From positions 1 to 18,682 of the forward strand of contig JANMKN010000177.1 in NCBI GenBank assembly GCA_031372065.1: DNA of 18,682 bases, read 5' to 3'. The stretch comes from Abditibacteriaceae bacterium. Lineage in GTDB: Bacteria; Armatimonadota; Abditibacteriia; Abditibacteriales; Abditibacteriaceae. Positions 17,001 to 18,682 of the stretch are shown here, one piece after another (the first letter of the stretch is position 1; each line of letters begins with the position of its first letter). Under the pieces are notes generated by a model. That model had not been told where the DNA came from. It saw only the letters and a list, made by a program, of their open reading frames with translations, and did no database searches. Both the position numbers and the translations under genes were made by a program.

Positions 17001-17395
17001 GAAAACGATGAGATTTCGGACGGTAAAGTCGAAAATGAGGCCGAAAACGCGGCGGAAACGCTGGATAAGCCCACTATCGAGCGAATGCGCGAAACTTTGG
17101 GCGATGAATTCCTCGTCGAACTGATTGATACCTTTTTAGCGGACGCCGGGCCGATGATTGGCGATTTGAAAAAGGGCATCGCCGAAAACGACGCGACTTT
17201 AATGCGGCGCTCGGCGCACACTTTGAAGTCGAACAGCGCCAATTTCGGCGCCATGACGCTGTCCGGCTTGTGCAAAACCTTGGAAGAAATGGCGAAAGCG
17301 GGCGAAATCGAAGGCGCCGCCGAACTTTCCGCGCAAGTAGAAACGGAATACGAAAAAGCCCAACTCGCTTTGGAAGTTGTAAAATCAAACATCGC

Positions 17396-17399
<4 letters not shown>
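14007..17399 (+). CDS. Hybrid sensor histidine kinase (TM-CHASE4-like-TM-HAMP-HisKA-HATPase-REC-REC-Hpt), about 1130 aa
   Basis: Likely start MTLRLKTLL at 14007. Two TM segments around a periplasmic region ([24 protein letters not shown]). [21 protein letters not shown]-box [19 protein letters not shown]-box [18 protein letters not shown] boxes DTGIGI and GGTGLGL. Receivers VLIVDD...[10 protein letters not shown] and ILLVEDN...[10 protein letters not shown]. Hpt [13 protein letters not shown]. Confidence 0.93.
16770..16979 (+). repeat. Ten in-frame 21-bp tandem repeats encoding (E/D)(N/D)(D/N)K(S/G)LG heptads
   Basis: Consensus GAGAACGACAAGAGTCTCGGC. Units start at 16770, 16791, 16812, 16833, 16854, 16875, 16896, 16917, 16938 and 16959. 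Units 3 and 8 are identical. Located between the second receiver and the Hpt domain. Confidence 0.93.
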
Positions 17400-18551
<1,152 letters not shown>

Positions 18552-18577
<26 letters not shown>

Positions 18578-18682
18578 AACGGCGAAGGGGAAGGGTGTCT
18601 TAACTGTTTTGCCCAGAATTAACTTTTAATCTTTCGGAGCGTGTGATTGTGGTTCTCCCTTCCCCTTCGCCGTTTCAAGGGG
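18552..18682. repeat. REP/MITE-like paired palindromic element, truncated at the window edge
   Basis: Perfect 26-bp inverted repeat CCCCTTGAAACGGCGAAGGGGAAGGG (18570-18595) / CCCTTCCCCTTCGCCGTTTCAAGGGG (18657-18682) around a 61-bp AT-richer spacer. The left copy is itself a hairpin: CCCTTCCCCTT (18565-18575) / AAGGGGAAGGG (18585-18595). Confidence 0.82.

Noticed and set aside
16710..17124. Separate small genes in alternative frames over the kinase repeat
   Set aside because: They are open because of the stop-free 21-bp unit. The kinase frame continues into a clear Hpt domain.
17270..17395. Longer N-terminus of the second kinase
   Set aside because: It overlaps the Hpt coding region. The receiver domain begins right after the ATGA overlap at 17396.

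Overview
Bacterial genomic window, moderately GC-rich, with 10 complete genes or gene remnants and one partial gene. Left to right: the 5' end of a secreted-protein gene at the edge; a DUF1501 + PSD1/planctomycete cytochrome c (DUF1549/DUF1553) pair typical of Planctomycetota, Verrucomicrobiota and Armatimonadota/Abditibacteriota-like bacteria; an oppositely oriented cassette made of eleven 21-bp internally palindromic repeats followed by an uncharacterised, mostly alpha-helical 235-aa protein and a hairpin terminator; a secreted ConA/LamG-like protein; a secreted beta-helix + CBM9-like putative glycoside hydrolase; a DUF4291 gene broken by an in-frame TAG; an AT-rich hypothetical gene; glnE; and two coupled histidine kinases, the first carrying a second 21-bp repeat array in frame. 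Three small palindromic REP/STRR-like elements are present, two of them inside coding sequence. The best candidate for an undescribed system is the 21-bp palindromic array plus helical protein at 5073-6094. Family calls come from motif recognition by eye, not from database searches.
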